In this document: piece after piece, positions 20,638 through 30,851 of the stretch
Numbering within the stretch: the stretch's first letter is position 1
Layout: every line of letters starts with the position of its first letter
DNA from: Candidatus Bathyarchaeota archaeon
GTDB taxonomy: Archaea > Thermoproteota > Bathyarchaeia > 40CM-2-53-6
Assembly: GCA_963833125.1 (NCBI GenBank)
Contig: CAWHWX010000034.1
Coordinates: 43,840-107,839, forward strand
Direction: 5' to 3'
DNA length: 64,000 nucleotides
The notes under the pieces: model-generated
Seen by the model: only the letters and a program-made list of their open reading frames with translations
What the model was told of the DNA's origin: nothing
Databases searched by the model: none
Program-made: the position numbers and the translations under genes

Positions 20638-23067
20638 ATGAAACGATCTCGACAATTACTCCCGTGCCTCGTGATCTTTTTAGCCCTTATGATTCCCGCC
20701 ACTCAAATCGCATTCGCAATTCCGCCACTTGCAGCCGGCACATTTTCACCCGGTACAATTGTAGTTCCAATGGATGACAAGCAGGTCGATAGGATTCATG
20801 TTTACGGTTTCATTCACGAATTCCTGAGGAACAACCCAGGAAGCGTGGTCGCTCGTATTATCGAACCACCAAACGTGATTCTTCAAACAGACCTGACTCC
20901 AGCGGGAGTGCTCTATCAAGGAGGCCCGTTCCTCATCGATTCAAGCTTTACTTCCGCTGTAAACGCGATGTTAGCTAATGCGACCTTCTCAAAAGTAACG
21001 ACCACCCGTCTGTCAACCACGTTCACCTCGAACCGAGTCTTCTTCGTCCGGCAGCCTACTCGGATTCTTGTAATCAGTGACGGTTATTGGGGGAAGACCT
21101 TCCTGACGTTGGGCAGGATGGGTATCAGCTACACCCAGATCTCCACCGCTCAGGCTATGGCTAACCCATCAATCATCAATCAGTATACCTTGATCGTTCT
21201 GGACAGTCCGGGTTGGTACGGGAATCCGTCTGCCTATACGCCGTTGCACAGGTCGCAAATTACGGCTGTGTATAATACGATTCAGGCGCGAGTTTCGGCA
21301 GGAAATGAGGTCATGTTTACCGATGCCGCGATATTCGACCTGAATTCTACGTTTCCAGGATACGTCAAGTTGGGAAACCCTGGTGAGACTGGGTCATGGA
21401 AGAGCATGATGAACAATCCGACCAAGGGCGACTCTGGATTTGATGCCGAATTTCCAAGTCAATACTACAACCCAGGCCCCACTCCCAACGCAGTTACCAT
21501 ATTCACTGAGGAGGGTGTTGGAAATTGGGTTCCTAACGGGGTTCATCCAGGCCACACAGGCGACGTCAGGATTATAATGGATAGTACGAATTACGGAATC
21601 CCGAAACTTCCCTACTCGATCCTTGCCTTCTACTTCCCCTACGGGAACGGTATAGTTGAAGGGCTCGCGCTTCAACCCTACGAGCAGCTGTACCCAACCT
21701 ACGCGGATTACAACGGGTATTATGCTGTATACCAGATTTATGGAAACAAATTCGTCGAAGGGCTGTCAGCAGACTTCTCACTCACGGCCTCCCCGCCGTC
21801 CGTAACGGTACAGAAGACCCAAACCGCCACCTACCAAGTCACGATTTCTTCGATTAGTAGTTTCTCAGGAACGGTTAACCTTCAAGTAAGTGGCCTACCT
21901 CCTGGCGCCCAAGCAGTCTTCACCCCTTCGGGATCAGTCGCGCTCGGCCAAGGTCAGTCTGTGGCTGAGACACTCAGCGTCCTCACGACTCAGAGCACGC
22001 CTCTCGGCAGTTACAACCTAACAATAACAGGCAGCACGAGCCAACCACTGATAACTCATAACGTTGTTGTTGGCCTCGTTGTCACCACGCCACCCAGTGA
22101 CTTCGGCATCGCGATAGCACCCAATCGACTCTACGTGAATCAAGGCCAATGCGGAAACTTCACTATCACCGTGAATTCCATTGGAACCTTTAGCTCCGCG
22201 GTTAATCTCACACTAACCGGATTGCCCGCGCACGTATCTAGCCAATTCACAACGAACCCAATAACGCCGCCAGCGGGAGCTACTGTTCAGTCGCTTCTGA
22301 AGGTGTGCCCAGCGTCCACCGCGGCTCCAGGTAATTACACGATCGTAATCGGTGGGACGAGCGGGGTTACGGTTCATACCGTTAACGCTATTCTGAGCAT
22401 TCCGGGACCGACTGTCGTCACATATCCGTTTAACCCATTGATCTTCTGGCTCGTCATTGGCATGCTACTCCTCGCGCTGGGTTTAGCGCTACTTGCCTTC
22501 GCGCTTTCAGGGAAACGTAGGCGGGTAGCCCCTGCAGCCGTTCCGATGGTTGCAGTCGCGCCACCGCCTAGGCAGCTGATACGATATATTCTGCCCATGC
22601 CTACCGTTCGTTGCAGGTATTGCGGCAGAGTCATGCCTCTTAACACGGTCTATTGTCCCTTCTGCGGAAGACCACAAGTCGTTCTACCGCCTCCGGCGCC
22701 ACGACTTACCTCAGCTCGCCGACTAGGTGGAAAGAACATCATTGCAGTAATCCTATCGCTCTTATCAGGAATCTTAGTATTGCTGAATAGTGCTGCACTG
22801 CTTTCGCCTTCCTTCTTCGCTACATGGTCATCCATATTCTTCTGGCTACCGACCCTCGGACCGTCCTACGCCTTCATGCTTGGAGCAATAATCGGTCTAA
22901 CATTGATTCTCGGCGCGATCATAATGGCACTAAGTAACGGAGCTCTCGCTGATGTGATAATATTCCCATTCGCAATCTTCAGCTTAATCGTCGGAGGAGG
23001 ATTCATCGCAGGAATGATCCTAGGAATTCTGGGCGGAATCCTCGCGATTGCCCGACGCAACTCTTAA
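20638..23067 (+). CDS. Large surface protein: signal peptide, extracellular domain, two Ig-like repeats, TM helix, zinc ribbon, C-terminal TM bundle
   Basis: Signal peptide; two DF(S/G)L...VNL...GLP...GxYx(L/I) repeats; TM then KRRR; CRYC..CPFC; 3-4 Gly-rich TM helices. Confidence 0.75.
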   Translation: MKRSRQLLPCLVIFLALMIPATQIAFAIPPLAAGTFSPGTIVVPMDDKQVDRIHVYGFIHEFLRNNPGSVVARIIEPPNVILQTDLTPAGVLYQGGPFLIDSSFTSAVNAMLANATFSKVTTTRLSTTFTSNRVFFVRQPTRILVISDGYWGKTFLTLGRMGISYTQISTAQAMANPSIINQYTLIVLDSPGWYGNPSAYTPLHRSQITAVYNTIQARVSAGNEVMFTDAAIFDLNSTFPGYVKLGNPGETGSWKSMMNNPTKGDSGFDAEFPSQYYNPGPTPNAVTIFTEEGVGNWVPNGVHPGHTGDVRIIMDSTNYGIPKLPYSILAFYFPYGNGIVEGLALQPYEQLYPTYADYNGYYAVYQIYGNKFVEGLSADFSLTASPPSVTVQKTQTATYQVTISSISSFSGTVNLQVSGLPPGAQAVFTPSGSVALGQGQSVAETLSVLTTQSTPLGSYNLTITGSTSQPLITHNVVVGLVVTTPPSDFGIAIAPNRLYVNQGQCGNFTITVNSIGTFSSAVNLTLTGLPAHVSSQFTTNPITPPAGATVQSLLKVCPASTAAPGNYTIVIGGTSGVTVHTVNAILSIPGPTVVTYPFNPLIFWLVIGMLLLALGLALLAFALSGKRRRVAPAAVPMVAVAPPPRQLIRYILPMPTVRCRYCGRVMPLNTVYCPFCGRPQVVLPPPAPRLTSARRLGGKNIIAVILSLLSGILVLLNSAALLSPSFFATWSSIFFWLPTLGPSYAFMLGAIIGLTLILGAIIMALSNGALADVIIFPFAIFSLIVGGGFIAGMILGILGGILAIARRNS

Positions 23068-23499
23068 CGAAATTTCTCGATAGTTTTCAACAACTTTCTA
23101 GACCTAGTCCAGTGAAGCGCTTTCGGTATTGGACTTGCCTTTCTTACACCCGTAGTGTGCTCAGAATTCACTGAAACCTCTCAACGAGTTTTAGGATCAA
23201 ACTTCAACTTCGTGCAATTGTTTAGATCGATGTATCAAGCCGTACGCATTTAATCGACCAGGTTTGCTTGGAAGTTGCAATTTCGTGCTCTGATTATTGG
23301 CGTGAATGGCTGAAACCATTCCTCCTCGTACGGTGAAACTCCTAAGTGGCGAAACGATTAGAATTCTGTTTCAGGTGAGATAAATTGGAAATCATGGAAT
23401 ATTATCGTGATTCAAGCGGCTTCTGGAGAATCAAAAACTTCAGAAGGCGACGCCGCGCAAGAATCTAAGCTAACCGAGCTAAGTCGCTCTGAGTTACCG

Positions 23500-24675
23500 C
23501 TAAGTAGTGTGAATTTCCACAATGTCCTGATCGCCTAGCACATGCTCAGGGCCGACTCGTTCGCCCGCGAACTTGCTAGTGGAACCCCATATTCTTGAGT
23601 ACCGATACCTCTCTGCTAGGTTGGTGTGTATACTGTTGGCAAGCTCCTTGACAGTCGTCCCTGCGCGTACCACGAAGGGGTGGTCGGACGGCTTCGGATG
23701 GTTTGGCTCCTTGGTGTACACTCGGATGATTCCCAAAGATTCGAATAACTTGCCCCCTATCACGGTCAATCCTTGCCCGGTTAAGCACGATGTGAGTGTG
23801 GTTGGAAGGAAATCCGGAACGTAGCTTATGAATTTCGATGAGTTTTCTCTTCCAAAGTCAAGGTCAATTTTGTTGGCGACTAGGAGAGTTGGCTTGTACA
23901 GCGTCACATTCTCTAGTACAGCGTCTTCCACATCGCCGATGGACGCACTTCCGTAGATCCTTACTAGCGCGCTCCTGATGCCGTAGCCGTGCAATAATTC
24001 ACGAATCTGCTCGTGAGAAACCGAATCTTGCGTACTCGTCGTCGCAATCCGTATTTCTCCAGAACCTTTCGTTGGAACTATCTCAACTCGCGATATAGGT
24101 TTCTGAATCGATATGTCTGACTCCTCTAGACTCTCGGTGATTAGTTCAAGTTGACGGTGCGGTTCGTTTGTCAGATCTACAACGACGATTAACCCGTCGC
24201 AACGGTGAATTAGATCAATGGATTCGGGTTGAAATTGGTATCGTCCACTTCGCGCAAGTCGGGGTGCAGGGACTTCTACTAACTGTATCTGAATGTCTTG
24301 ATATTGCAGAATCCCGGGTATCGGGTGTTCTGTTGTGTATTCGTATGAGGCGACGGTAACCTGTGCATTTGTCAGTGACCTCAGGAGGCTGCTCTTGCCG
24401 GCATTCGTCGGGCCAAGTATCATGACTTGCGCGGCCCCCTCGCGCTCTATGAACCATGAAGACTTACCGCCAGCGTGTCTGCCGCGTAGGCTGATGATTT
24501 CTTGCTTAAGTTCTGCGATCTTCGTCTTGACTTGAGCTCTGAGTCTCTCGTTTCCCTTATGCTGCGGAATCGCGGCGAGAAACTCGGCGTATGCTTGAAG
24601 TTTTTCCTTAGGGTTCTTCGAGGTCTGAGCCAGTTGCCATTTAGCTTTGGCTTCGTCGGTAAGGTTTGCCGGCAG
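23500..24675 (-). CDS. DRG/OBG family GTPase with TGS domain, CTG start
   Basis: GPTNAGKS, YEYTT, NKID, IRVYTK, TGS domain; frame open 84 codons upstream of the ORF-track ATG to CTG-CCG-GCA-AAC-CTT (MPANL...IPQHKGNERLRAQVKTKIA). Confidence 0.88.
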   Translation of the reverse strand: MPANLTDEAKAKWQLAQTSKNPKEKLQAYAEFLAAIPQHKGNERLRAQVKTKIAELKQEIISLRGRHAGGKSSWFIEREGAAQVMILGPTNAGKSSLLRSLTNAQVTVASYEYTTEHPIPGILQYQDIQIQLVEVPAPRLARSGRYQFQPESIDLIHRCDGLIVVVDLTNEPHRQLELITESLEESDISIQKPISRVEIVPTKGSGEIRIATTSTQDSVSHEQIRELLHGYGIRSALVRIYGSASIGDVEDAVLENVTLYKPTLLVANKIDLDFGRENSSKFISYVPDFLPTTLTSCLTGQGLTVIGGKLFESLGIIRVYTKEPNHPKPSDHPFVVRAGTTVKELANSIHTNLAERYRYSRIWGSTSKFAGERVGPEHVLGDQDIVEIHTT

Positions 24676-24702
24676 CCGTTCTCACCGGTCATTATGGAAT
24701 TC

Positions 24703-25242
24703 TTAGTGGAAGAGAAATGGGGCGGGTGGAGGATTGATGTCCTTTTCAGGGACAGTGGTGACGATCGTTTTGGCAACCAAGTCACCCAACCTTTGTCTGT
24801 CATGGGTGAAGGCAATGATCACAACAGCGAGGATATACAGGGCGGGTAACCAGTCAACAAAACGCAAAATATTTCTCTTGAATGAGGCACCAAATGAACA
24901 GGGGTCGCCACTCTTTTCGACGACGCGCAATTTCAACAGAGTTTTGCCAACCGTCGAGGCGAAGAGCCCTTCCTGCAGAAAATAGTACGCGAACCCTATG
25001 CCACCAAGGTATACCTCACTGGCCGTCAACCTGATTGGGTACAACGCAGCAGTTTCACGTTGAAAACCAATCAGGGCAAACCAAACCGCAGCGATTATGA
25101 TCGAGTCAACGAGGCCGGCCAAAAGTCGCTTATTCACTGGGGCGGGGGGAATCTTTAGCGGCGGAGTTGAGAGAGTTTCAATCGAGACTTCATCATGGTC
25201 GTCGTGATTCTGATGACTATGAGGTTGAGACATTGCAATCAA
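24703..25242 (-). CDS. RDD family membrane protein
   Basis: KRLLAGLVD, TVGKTLLKLRVV, RNILRFVD, QRLGDLVAKTIV. Confidence 0.85.
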   Translation of the reverse strand: MIAMSQPHSHQNHDDHDEVSIETLSTPPLKIPPAPVNKRLLAGLVDSIIIAAVWFALIGFQRETAALYPIRLTASEVYLGGIGFAYYFLQEGLFASTVGKTLLKLRVVEKSGDPCSFGASFKRNILRFVDWLPALYILAVVIIAFTHDRQRLGDLVAKTIVTTVPEKDINPPPAPFLFH

Positions 25243-25360
25243 GTCGTTACTGGATTTCTATCTGGTAGGGGTGGGAGTTTCATGTGCCGAAATTCTGAGA
25301 GTTTAGACATAGGCTTAAATATTATTCGGGCCGGTAACGTGTTAACTAGAAAAGGAGCAT

Positions 25361-25681
25361 TTGACCCAAATAATGGCGGAAGTATGCCCAACTTGTGGGC
25401 TTCCAAAAGATTTGTGTGTCTGCGGAACCATCAGCATGGAACAGCAGCTTGTCAAGGTCCGCCTCGAAACCAGGAAATGGGGTAAGGCAACTACCATAAT
25501 CGAGGGCATCAACTCAAAGAGCGTTGATCTTGGGGATCTCGGCGCCAAGCTGAAGACTTACTGCGCCTGCGGTGGAACCTCAAAAGAGGGTCTGATAATG
25601 CTTCAGGGTGACCATCGCGGGAAAGTCAAAAAGTTGCTCGTGCAGTTTGGTTTTCCAGAAACCTCAATAGAAATCCATTGA
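25361..25681 (+). CDS. sui1: Translation initiation factor SUI1/aIF1
   Basis: CPTCGLPKDLCVC, LKTYCACGGT, LQGDHR. Confidence 0.93.
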   Translation: MTQIMAEVCPTCGLPKDLCVCGTISMEQQLVKVRLETRKWGKATTIIEGINSKSVDLGDLGAKLKTYCACGGTSKEGLIMLQGDHRGKVKKLLVQFGFPETSIEIH

Positions 25682-25702
25682 CCCTATTCCCGGGAATATC
25701 AC

Positions 25703-25912
25703 TTGAGTTCGTTTTTTGACGCACTGAAGAATCTGAAACATTCGGGGCCTGCACCTCAGGCTTGTCCCGTGTGTGGCAGTGTTAAGATCAGGCAACAGGG
25801 ATCCCTCTATGGCTGGCTACTGCCGGCTCTCTACGCGTGTGAACGCTGCGGTTACGTCGGCAGCCTGGTGTTAGAGCTGGACGAAGCAGCTGAAGACCAA
25901 GATCGAAAGTGA
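25703..25912 (+). CDS. Small zinc-ribbon protein
   Basis: CPVCGS...GWLLP..YACERCGYVG. Confidence 0.7.
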   Translation: MSSFFDALKNLKHSGPAPQACPVCGSVKIRQQGSLYGWLLPALYACERCGYVGSLVLELDEAAEDQDRK

Positions 25913-25926
25913 AACACTAATGTTCC

Positions 25927-26885
25927 ATGTTCGGAACATTAATATACGCCGCACTTCGACACAAGAAAATCGGTTCCATCAAGGAGACTACGGCCAAAGT
26001 GCGGACACATGGAAGACTGACCCTCGCACTGTACCTGCTGCTCATACTCATTCTACCTTTGCTGATGGCTGGCATTCAAGCCGCCAAGGCAGATCAACCA
26101 CTAGTCCGAACTGAATCCGTACAACTCAACGTCGGCGACACGCTTGTCATCCGGAGCGACCACCTAGCCATACAACAGGTCTTCGTCGAAGGCAATTTCT
26201 CAACCACCCAGCTCATCAAACCCAGTCAATACCCAACAAATGACTTCGAACTCCAAGCTGGATCAGCCGGCGGCTACGGGGTAAGGGTGATTTTCAGTCA
26301 GGCGACCGACTACAATGTCAACCTATTCGTTAGGCAGGATGGAACCAACGCGATTTGAAAACAGTACGAGCTACTACGTATCCGGGGGGACACTCGAACT
26401 CGACGTGAGCGCTTACTTCAACCCAAGACCCATTGACATTGCAGCCGTTGCACCCTTGATTTCCCCATGGGACAGCTTAGTGGATTGGTTTGGCAGCTTC
26501 GGTCAGGCGTTCCCGTTGTGGGTCAAAGCCCTATACCTATTGCTAGGAGTACAATTTCTCGCTGTTGGCGGTTTGTGGATTCGACGCGAGACCGCAAGCC
26601 GAGAAGGGACCGCCCAGCGCTTGGACGGCGGGGACAAAGCCTACCTCTGGCTAGACATCGTTTACAAATTCCTACTAGCCTCGTTTGTCGCCATCGTGGC
26701 GATTATGGGAGGTGAGCTGATTCTACTATTCGTGTTGCGCTTCATGTTCCTGGTCTCAATCAACCTCCTTTCGCTATGGGATCTTTTCGTGGTGGGCTTT
26801 GCCGCGGGTGCGGTCATCATAGTCGTACCTGATCCGTTTCACGCTCGAGAAAGGTTTCGACCTGAAACCTGTGGAAAGTGAGTAA
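25927..26885 (+). CDS. Membrane protein with N-terminal TM/signal, extracellular beta domain and 3-4 C-terminal TM helices (two frameshifts)
   Basis: ORFs 25927-26358 and 26315-26881 join near 26350; corrected C-terminus reads YLIRFTLEKGFDLKPVESE* ending at 26885, overlapping the next start. Confidence 0.65.
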
Positions 26886-29643
26886 TATGGAGGGCAAGCT
26901 TGACGATATTGAAGCCAGCCTACAAACCACGCTAGAAACTGAATCCGAGGAAACCTGGTGGAAGAAAACTGCGCCATTGAGGTGGGCGAACTATGTTCCA
27001 CTCCGCCTCGTAGATAGGGAGTTTGTCAGGTGGCGAAAGTCAAGGATTTCGCCAAGGAAGTTTCGGAAGATACAACAACGGCTAGACCGTTTATACCCTC
27101 CAACCAGATTCTCCGCTACGAAGCTAATCGGTCGCGATAAAGAATACAACTTGCTGCTGGATTCATTCAGACTGCACGTCCTTAAACACCCAATGCTCAG
27201 AAAATGGTTCAACAAGGACGAACTTCCAAAAGCGATTTGCCTGACCGGTGAAAGTGGCACCGGGAAAACATTCCTAACAATGGTTTCCTTGAAACAGATG
27301 CTGCTTGAGGCTCACAAGAACGGAATCTACCTATCCCCCATCATCATCAAGGGATCAGACGTATTCTCAGAATACTACGGTAGGAGTACCAAGCAGTTAG
27401 GGAAGCTTCTGGAACAAGCCGCCTCAGCCCCTTCAGTCGTCTACATTGATGAATTCCAAAGCTTCGGAAGAAAAGTACGTGGGGAAACAGGAACTGAACT
27501 GGAGGATACCCGAGTACAGGACGAGATAAACCGTTGGCTTGACAAAATCACAACCAACGAAGCAAGAACGCTCGTCATAGTCGCTACCAATTCTTACGAA
27601 CAAACTCGCGAAGACATCCGCCGTCGACTCACACGTGTGGATCTAGATTCAGGCGTGACGAGGGAAATGCTGCTCGCTATTGTGGACGACAGAGCTACGG
27701 CTGAGGGTTGGAGAGGAGTTTCGTCAACAGAGATACTTGAGGTCCTCGAACGAGAAGCCGCCCTGCGAAGACATGGTTCGATCACTCCCAACGACATACT
27801 AGGAGTCTTCATAGAGGTGAAACGGGCCAAGGAAGTGCCCTTACTCGAAACGATCAGACGTTCAATGCCCGGTCCACTTTCGAAATGGACTAAGCCGATA
27901 TACAAGGTAAGTTTGGAAGATTTTGCTCAAGCCGCGCATTCAATGAAGTTCTACGTAGAGCGCGAAAAATCACGAGAAATTACCGACGCCGTCTACCTAG
28001 TTACGCCCAAGGCTAGGAGAGATGACATTGGTGGTCTTCATGACATAAGAGACAAAGTGTTAAACCACATTTCACTCGCTTTCAGTCGAAAAATGTCCCA
28101 ACTCGGTTATGCGTCCAACTGCAGGTTTCTACTATTCGGTCCACCAGGGACGGGAAAGACATTGCTCGCAATGGTAGCGGCGGCCGAGAACAAAGTCGCT
28201 TTCATCAAAGTAAGAGGAGGAGAACTGATGAGCGGGGCAACCTACATAGGAGAACCTGAGAAACGTATCAAAGATCTATTCGCTCTCGCCAGACAACGAA
28301 CCCCCTGCATTCTTTTCCTCGACGAAGCCGACGCGATCTTCTGGGGCGCAGATCCCACTGGAAACAAAATCTTGGCACAAGTGAAAGCCGAGCTCAGCGA
28401 GATCAAGCCTGATGAAGGAATCGTGGTCATCGCCGCTTCGAACAAAGAAAACCTCATCGACCAAGCAACCAGAGACAGGTTTGAACCCAACGTCTACTAC
28501 GTCCACCCCCCGCTGAACGATCAAGAATGGCATGAAGTGGTAGGCATCCACCTACGAAGATTCGATCGGTTCATACATCCAGAAGTCGATGCAGCGAAAA
28601 TCACACGTTTGCTTAGAATGCAACGAATCCTCAGCCCCAGAGCCGCATCTGAAACTATTGCAGAAGCCCACAGGCTATGGGCGTCGGAAATAAGCGCGGT
28701 CAGTGAATTGCGTGCTTGCAAAGATAACGGGGATAGGGAGGCGGTTGAAAAGAAGTATTCGACGGACCTAAGCAGGCTGCGTTCTGCGCTTGACGGCTCA
28801 GAGCATCCGCAATTGTCAATTGAGCAAATCGACGAAAGCAACTATCCGATGCGCCTCTACCACTTTGAAAAAGCGATTCAGGCACTTGAATCGAACCAGG
28901 CTAGACAAAGGAGAGAGATGGAAGAAGCATTAATCCTTACAACACCCACACCAGGAGCTTCCTTCGGGCTCTACGCTACCGAAGACGGAACCGGGGGCAT
29001 AATCACGGTTCAATGCTCAGTCAGGCCTATGATATCCGGCGAACGCCAAGTCTCTGTGACTGGGAATGCAACTTCAGCCGTAATCGGTCAAAGCGTCGTC
29101 TCAGATGAGTCAGTGCTTCAAAGTGCGGAAAACGCCACAGAAGCAATCAGCTCACTTCTATGGGCCGCGTCTCAAGTGGACCTAAGTCGGTTACACATAC
29201 ACTTCCAGATCAGGAGTATTTTGGAGGGCGCGCCTGGGCAAGGAGTTTCAGGGCCAAGCGCCGGGTTAGCTATGGTCTTAGCTCTCCTCTCAGAGCTGGC
29301 TGGACTTCCAATCTCCCCCGCCACTGTCGCAACCGGAACCATAGGGGTAAAGCTCGACGTGGGGCCGGTAGGTGGGCTGGGTGGCTACGGGACCCAAACC
29401 GGAAAGATCGTCGGGATCCTGAAATCCCAAAAGATTCGCATTACCGACTTGGTCCTGCCAGCAGCTAACTTCGAAGCTGCAGGTGACGAAATGCGGATTC
29501 TGACCGAGGAAGGAGTGAACGTACGTCCTGTGTCGGACGTATCGGAGTGTTTGAAGACAATCTTCGGTAAGGATATGTACGAACTAGTGGCTGAAATAAA
29601 GAAAAGGTTTGAGACAGCTCGGTTGGTAGCTCAGTCGTATTAG
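26878..29643 (+). CDS. Tandem AAA+ (Cdc48/VAT-like) ATPase fused to a Lon-type S16 protease domain
   Basis: D1 GESGTGKT/VYIDE/ATN; D2 GPPGTGKT/FLDEAD/ASN..RDRF; C-terminal SGPSAGLAM...TGTI...PVGG...K...LPAAN. Confidence 0.85.
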   Translation: MSNMEGKLDDIEASLQTTLETESEETWWKKTAPLRWANYVPLRLVDREFVRWRKSRISPRKFRKIQQRLDRLYPPTRFSATKLIGRDKEYNLLLDSFRLHVLKHPMLRKWFNKDELPKAICLTGESGTGKTFLTMVSLKQMLLEAHKNGIYLSPIIIKGSDVFSEYYGRSTKQLGKLLEQAASAPSVVYIDEFQSFGRKVRGETGTELEDTRVQDEINRWLDKITTNEARTLVIVATNSYEQTREDIRRRLTRVDLDSGVTREMLLAIVDDRATAEGWRGVSSTEILEVLEREAALRRHGSITPNDILGVFIEVKRAKEVPLLETIRRSMPGPLSKWTKPIYKVSLEDFAQAAHSMKFYVEREKSREITDAVYLVTPKARRDDIGGLHDIRDKVLNHISLAFSRKMSQLGYASNCRFLLFGPPGTGKTLLAMVAAAENKVAFIKVRGGELMSGATYIGEPEKRIKDLFALARQRTPCILFLDEADAIFWGADPTGNKILAQVKAELSEIKPDEGIVVIAASNKENLIDQATRDRFEPNVYYVHPPLNDQEWHEVVGIHLRRFDRFIHPEVDAAKITRLLRMQRILSPRAASETIAEAHRLWASEISAVSELRACKDNGDREAVEKKYSTDLSRLRSALDGSEHPQLSIEQIDESNYPMRLYHFEKAIQALESNQARQRREMEEALILTTPTPGASFGLYATEDGTGGIITVQCSVRPMISGERQVSVTGNATSAVIGQSVVSDESVLQSAENATEAISSLLWAASQVDLSRLHIHFQIRSILEGAPGQGVSGPSAGLAMVLALLSELAGLPISPATVATGTIGVKLDVGPVGGLGGYGTQTGKIVGILKSQKIRITDLVLPAANFEAAGDEMRILTEEGVNVRPVSDVSECLKTIFGKDMYELVAEIKKRFETARLVAQSY

Positions 29644-30573
29644 ATATCGAGCTTGAGCGCTTCTTTTAATCCCTTGTACCGGTTTCTGACTGTTACCTCG
29701 GTAACGTTAGCTACTTCAGCTATCTCTTTCTGGGTTTTCTTTTCCCCTTCGAGGACACACGCCACGTAGAGCGATGCCGCGGCCAAGCCCATTGGGTCTT
29801 TGCCTGCGACTATGCCTTTTCGTTTCGCCTCGTTGATGATTCTGATTGCACGCTGCTGGGTTGGCATCGAGATTTCGACTTTGGTTGCTATCTTTGAGAT
29901 GCATTTCACTGGATCCTCGACTGGCATTCTAAGGTCGAGTTCCCTGACGAGGAGTCGGTAGCATCTTGCTACGTCCTTCTTGCGGATCCTGCTCGCTGCG
30001 GATACGTCTTTGAGGGTTCTTGGTGTTTCGGACATTCGGCATGCGGCGTAGAGTGAAGCGGCGGCTATGGCTGCGATTGACCGTCCTCTTACCAGGCCGT
30101 TGTCCAGAGCTTTGCGGTAAACGATTGCGGCCCGTTCTTTGATGGAAGCGGGTATGTGTAGCATGTCAGTTAAGCGATCGAGTTCGGCCATCGCTTGGGC
30201 TAGGTTTCTGTCGGCTGAGGAGTGGACTCGTGTTCGTATCTGCCATTTTCTCAGGCGGAGCATTTCAAGTCTGGTTGCCAGGGGCAGTTGGCGACCGTAC
30301 GCGTCCTCGGTTCACCCGATCAATTACAGTTGATAATCCTTTGTCGTGAATGGAGAATGATGTTGGGATACCTACGCAACCTCGTTCATCCTTCTCTTCT
30401 TTGGTGAAGGCGCGCCATTCTGGACCTGTGTTTAACGAGTGTTCACTTATGACTAGGCCACAGTTGTGGCAACTGATCTCGCCGACATCGTAATCTTCTA
30501 CTAGGTTTGTGCTGCCACATTCGGGGCAGTTAGTTAACTTTCCAACTTTCCTTGTGGTTGCGCTTGTACTCAT
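29640..30573 (-). CDS. tfb: Transcription initiation factor IIB (frameshift near 30305)
   Basis: CPECG..CHNCG zinc ribbon, GPEWRAF, HDKGLST, RLRKWQ, LVRGRS, GKDPMGLAAA, VTEVTVRNRYK. Confidence 0.95.
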
Positions 30574-30694
30574 TTCTTTTCACTTTTTTCGATGCTAGAC
30601 GCTCGGACCATCCATCCCTCCAGTAGAACGCCGGTCGTTCTGCTCGAGAAACACGTCATCCGGCCCGAAATCTATAATAACTACCCGAGGAACG

Positions 30695-30702
30695 TATAAA
30701 AA
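30695..30702 (-). promoter_or_regulatory. Candidate TATA box upstream of tfb
   Basis: TTTTTATA on the minus strand about 120 nt upstream of the tfb ATG. Confidence 0.35.
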
Positions 30703-30851
30703 GCTTGCGTCGAATTTTAGCATTTCCATCGTACAAGCGTCCCCAAGTGTGGGTGTTTTTCACATGTCGGCGTCTACCTCGCCGAAAGCCTTGAAGTGAG
30801 CCTAAACTTGACCTAGATGAGCCATATCGCCTTAGGTTGGGGGTTTCGGTG

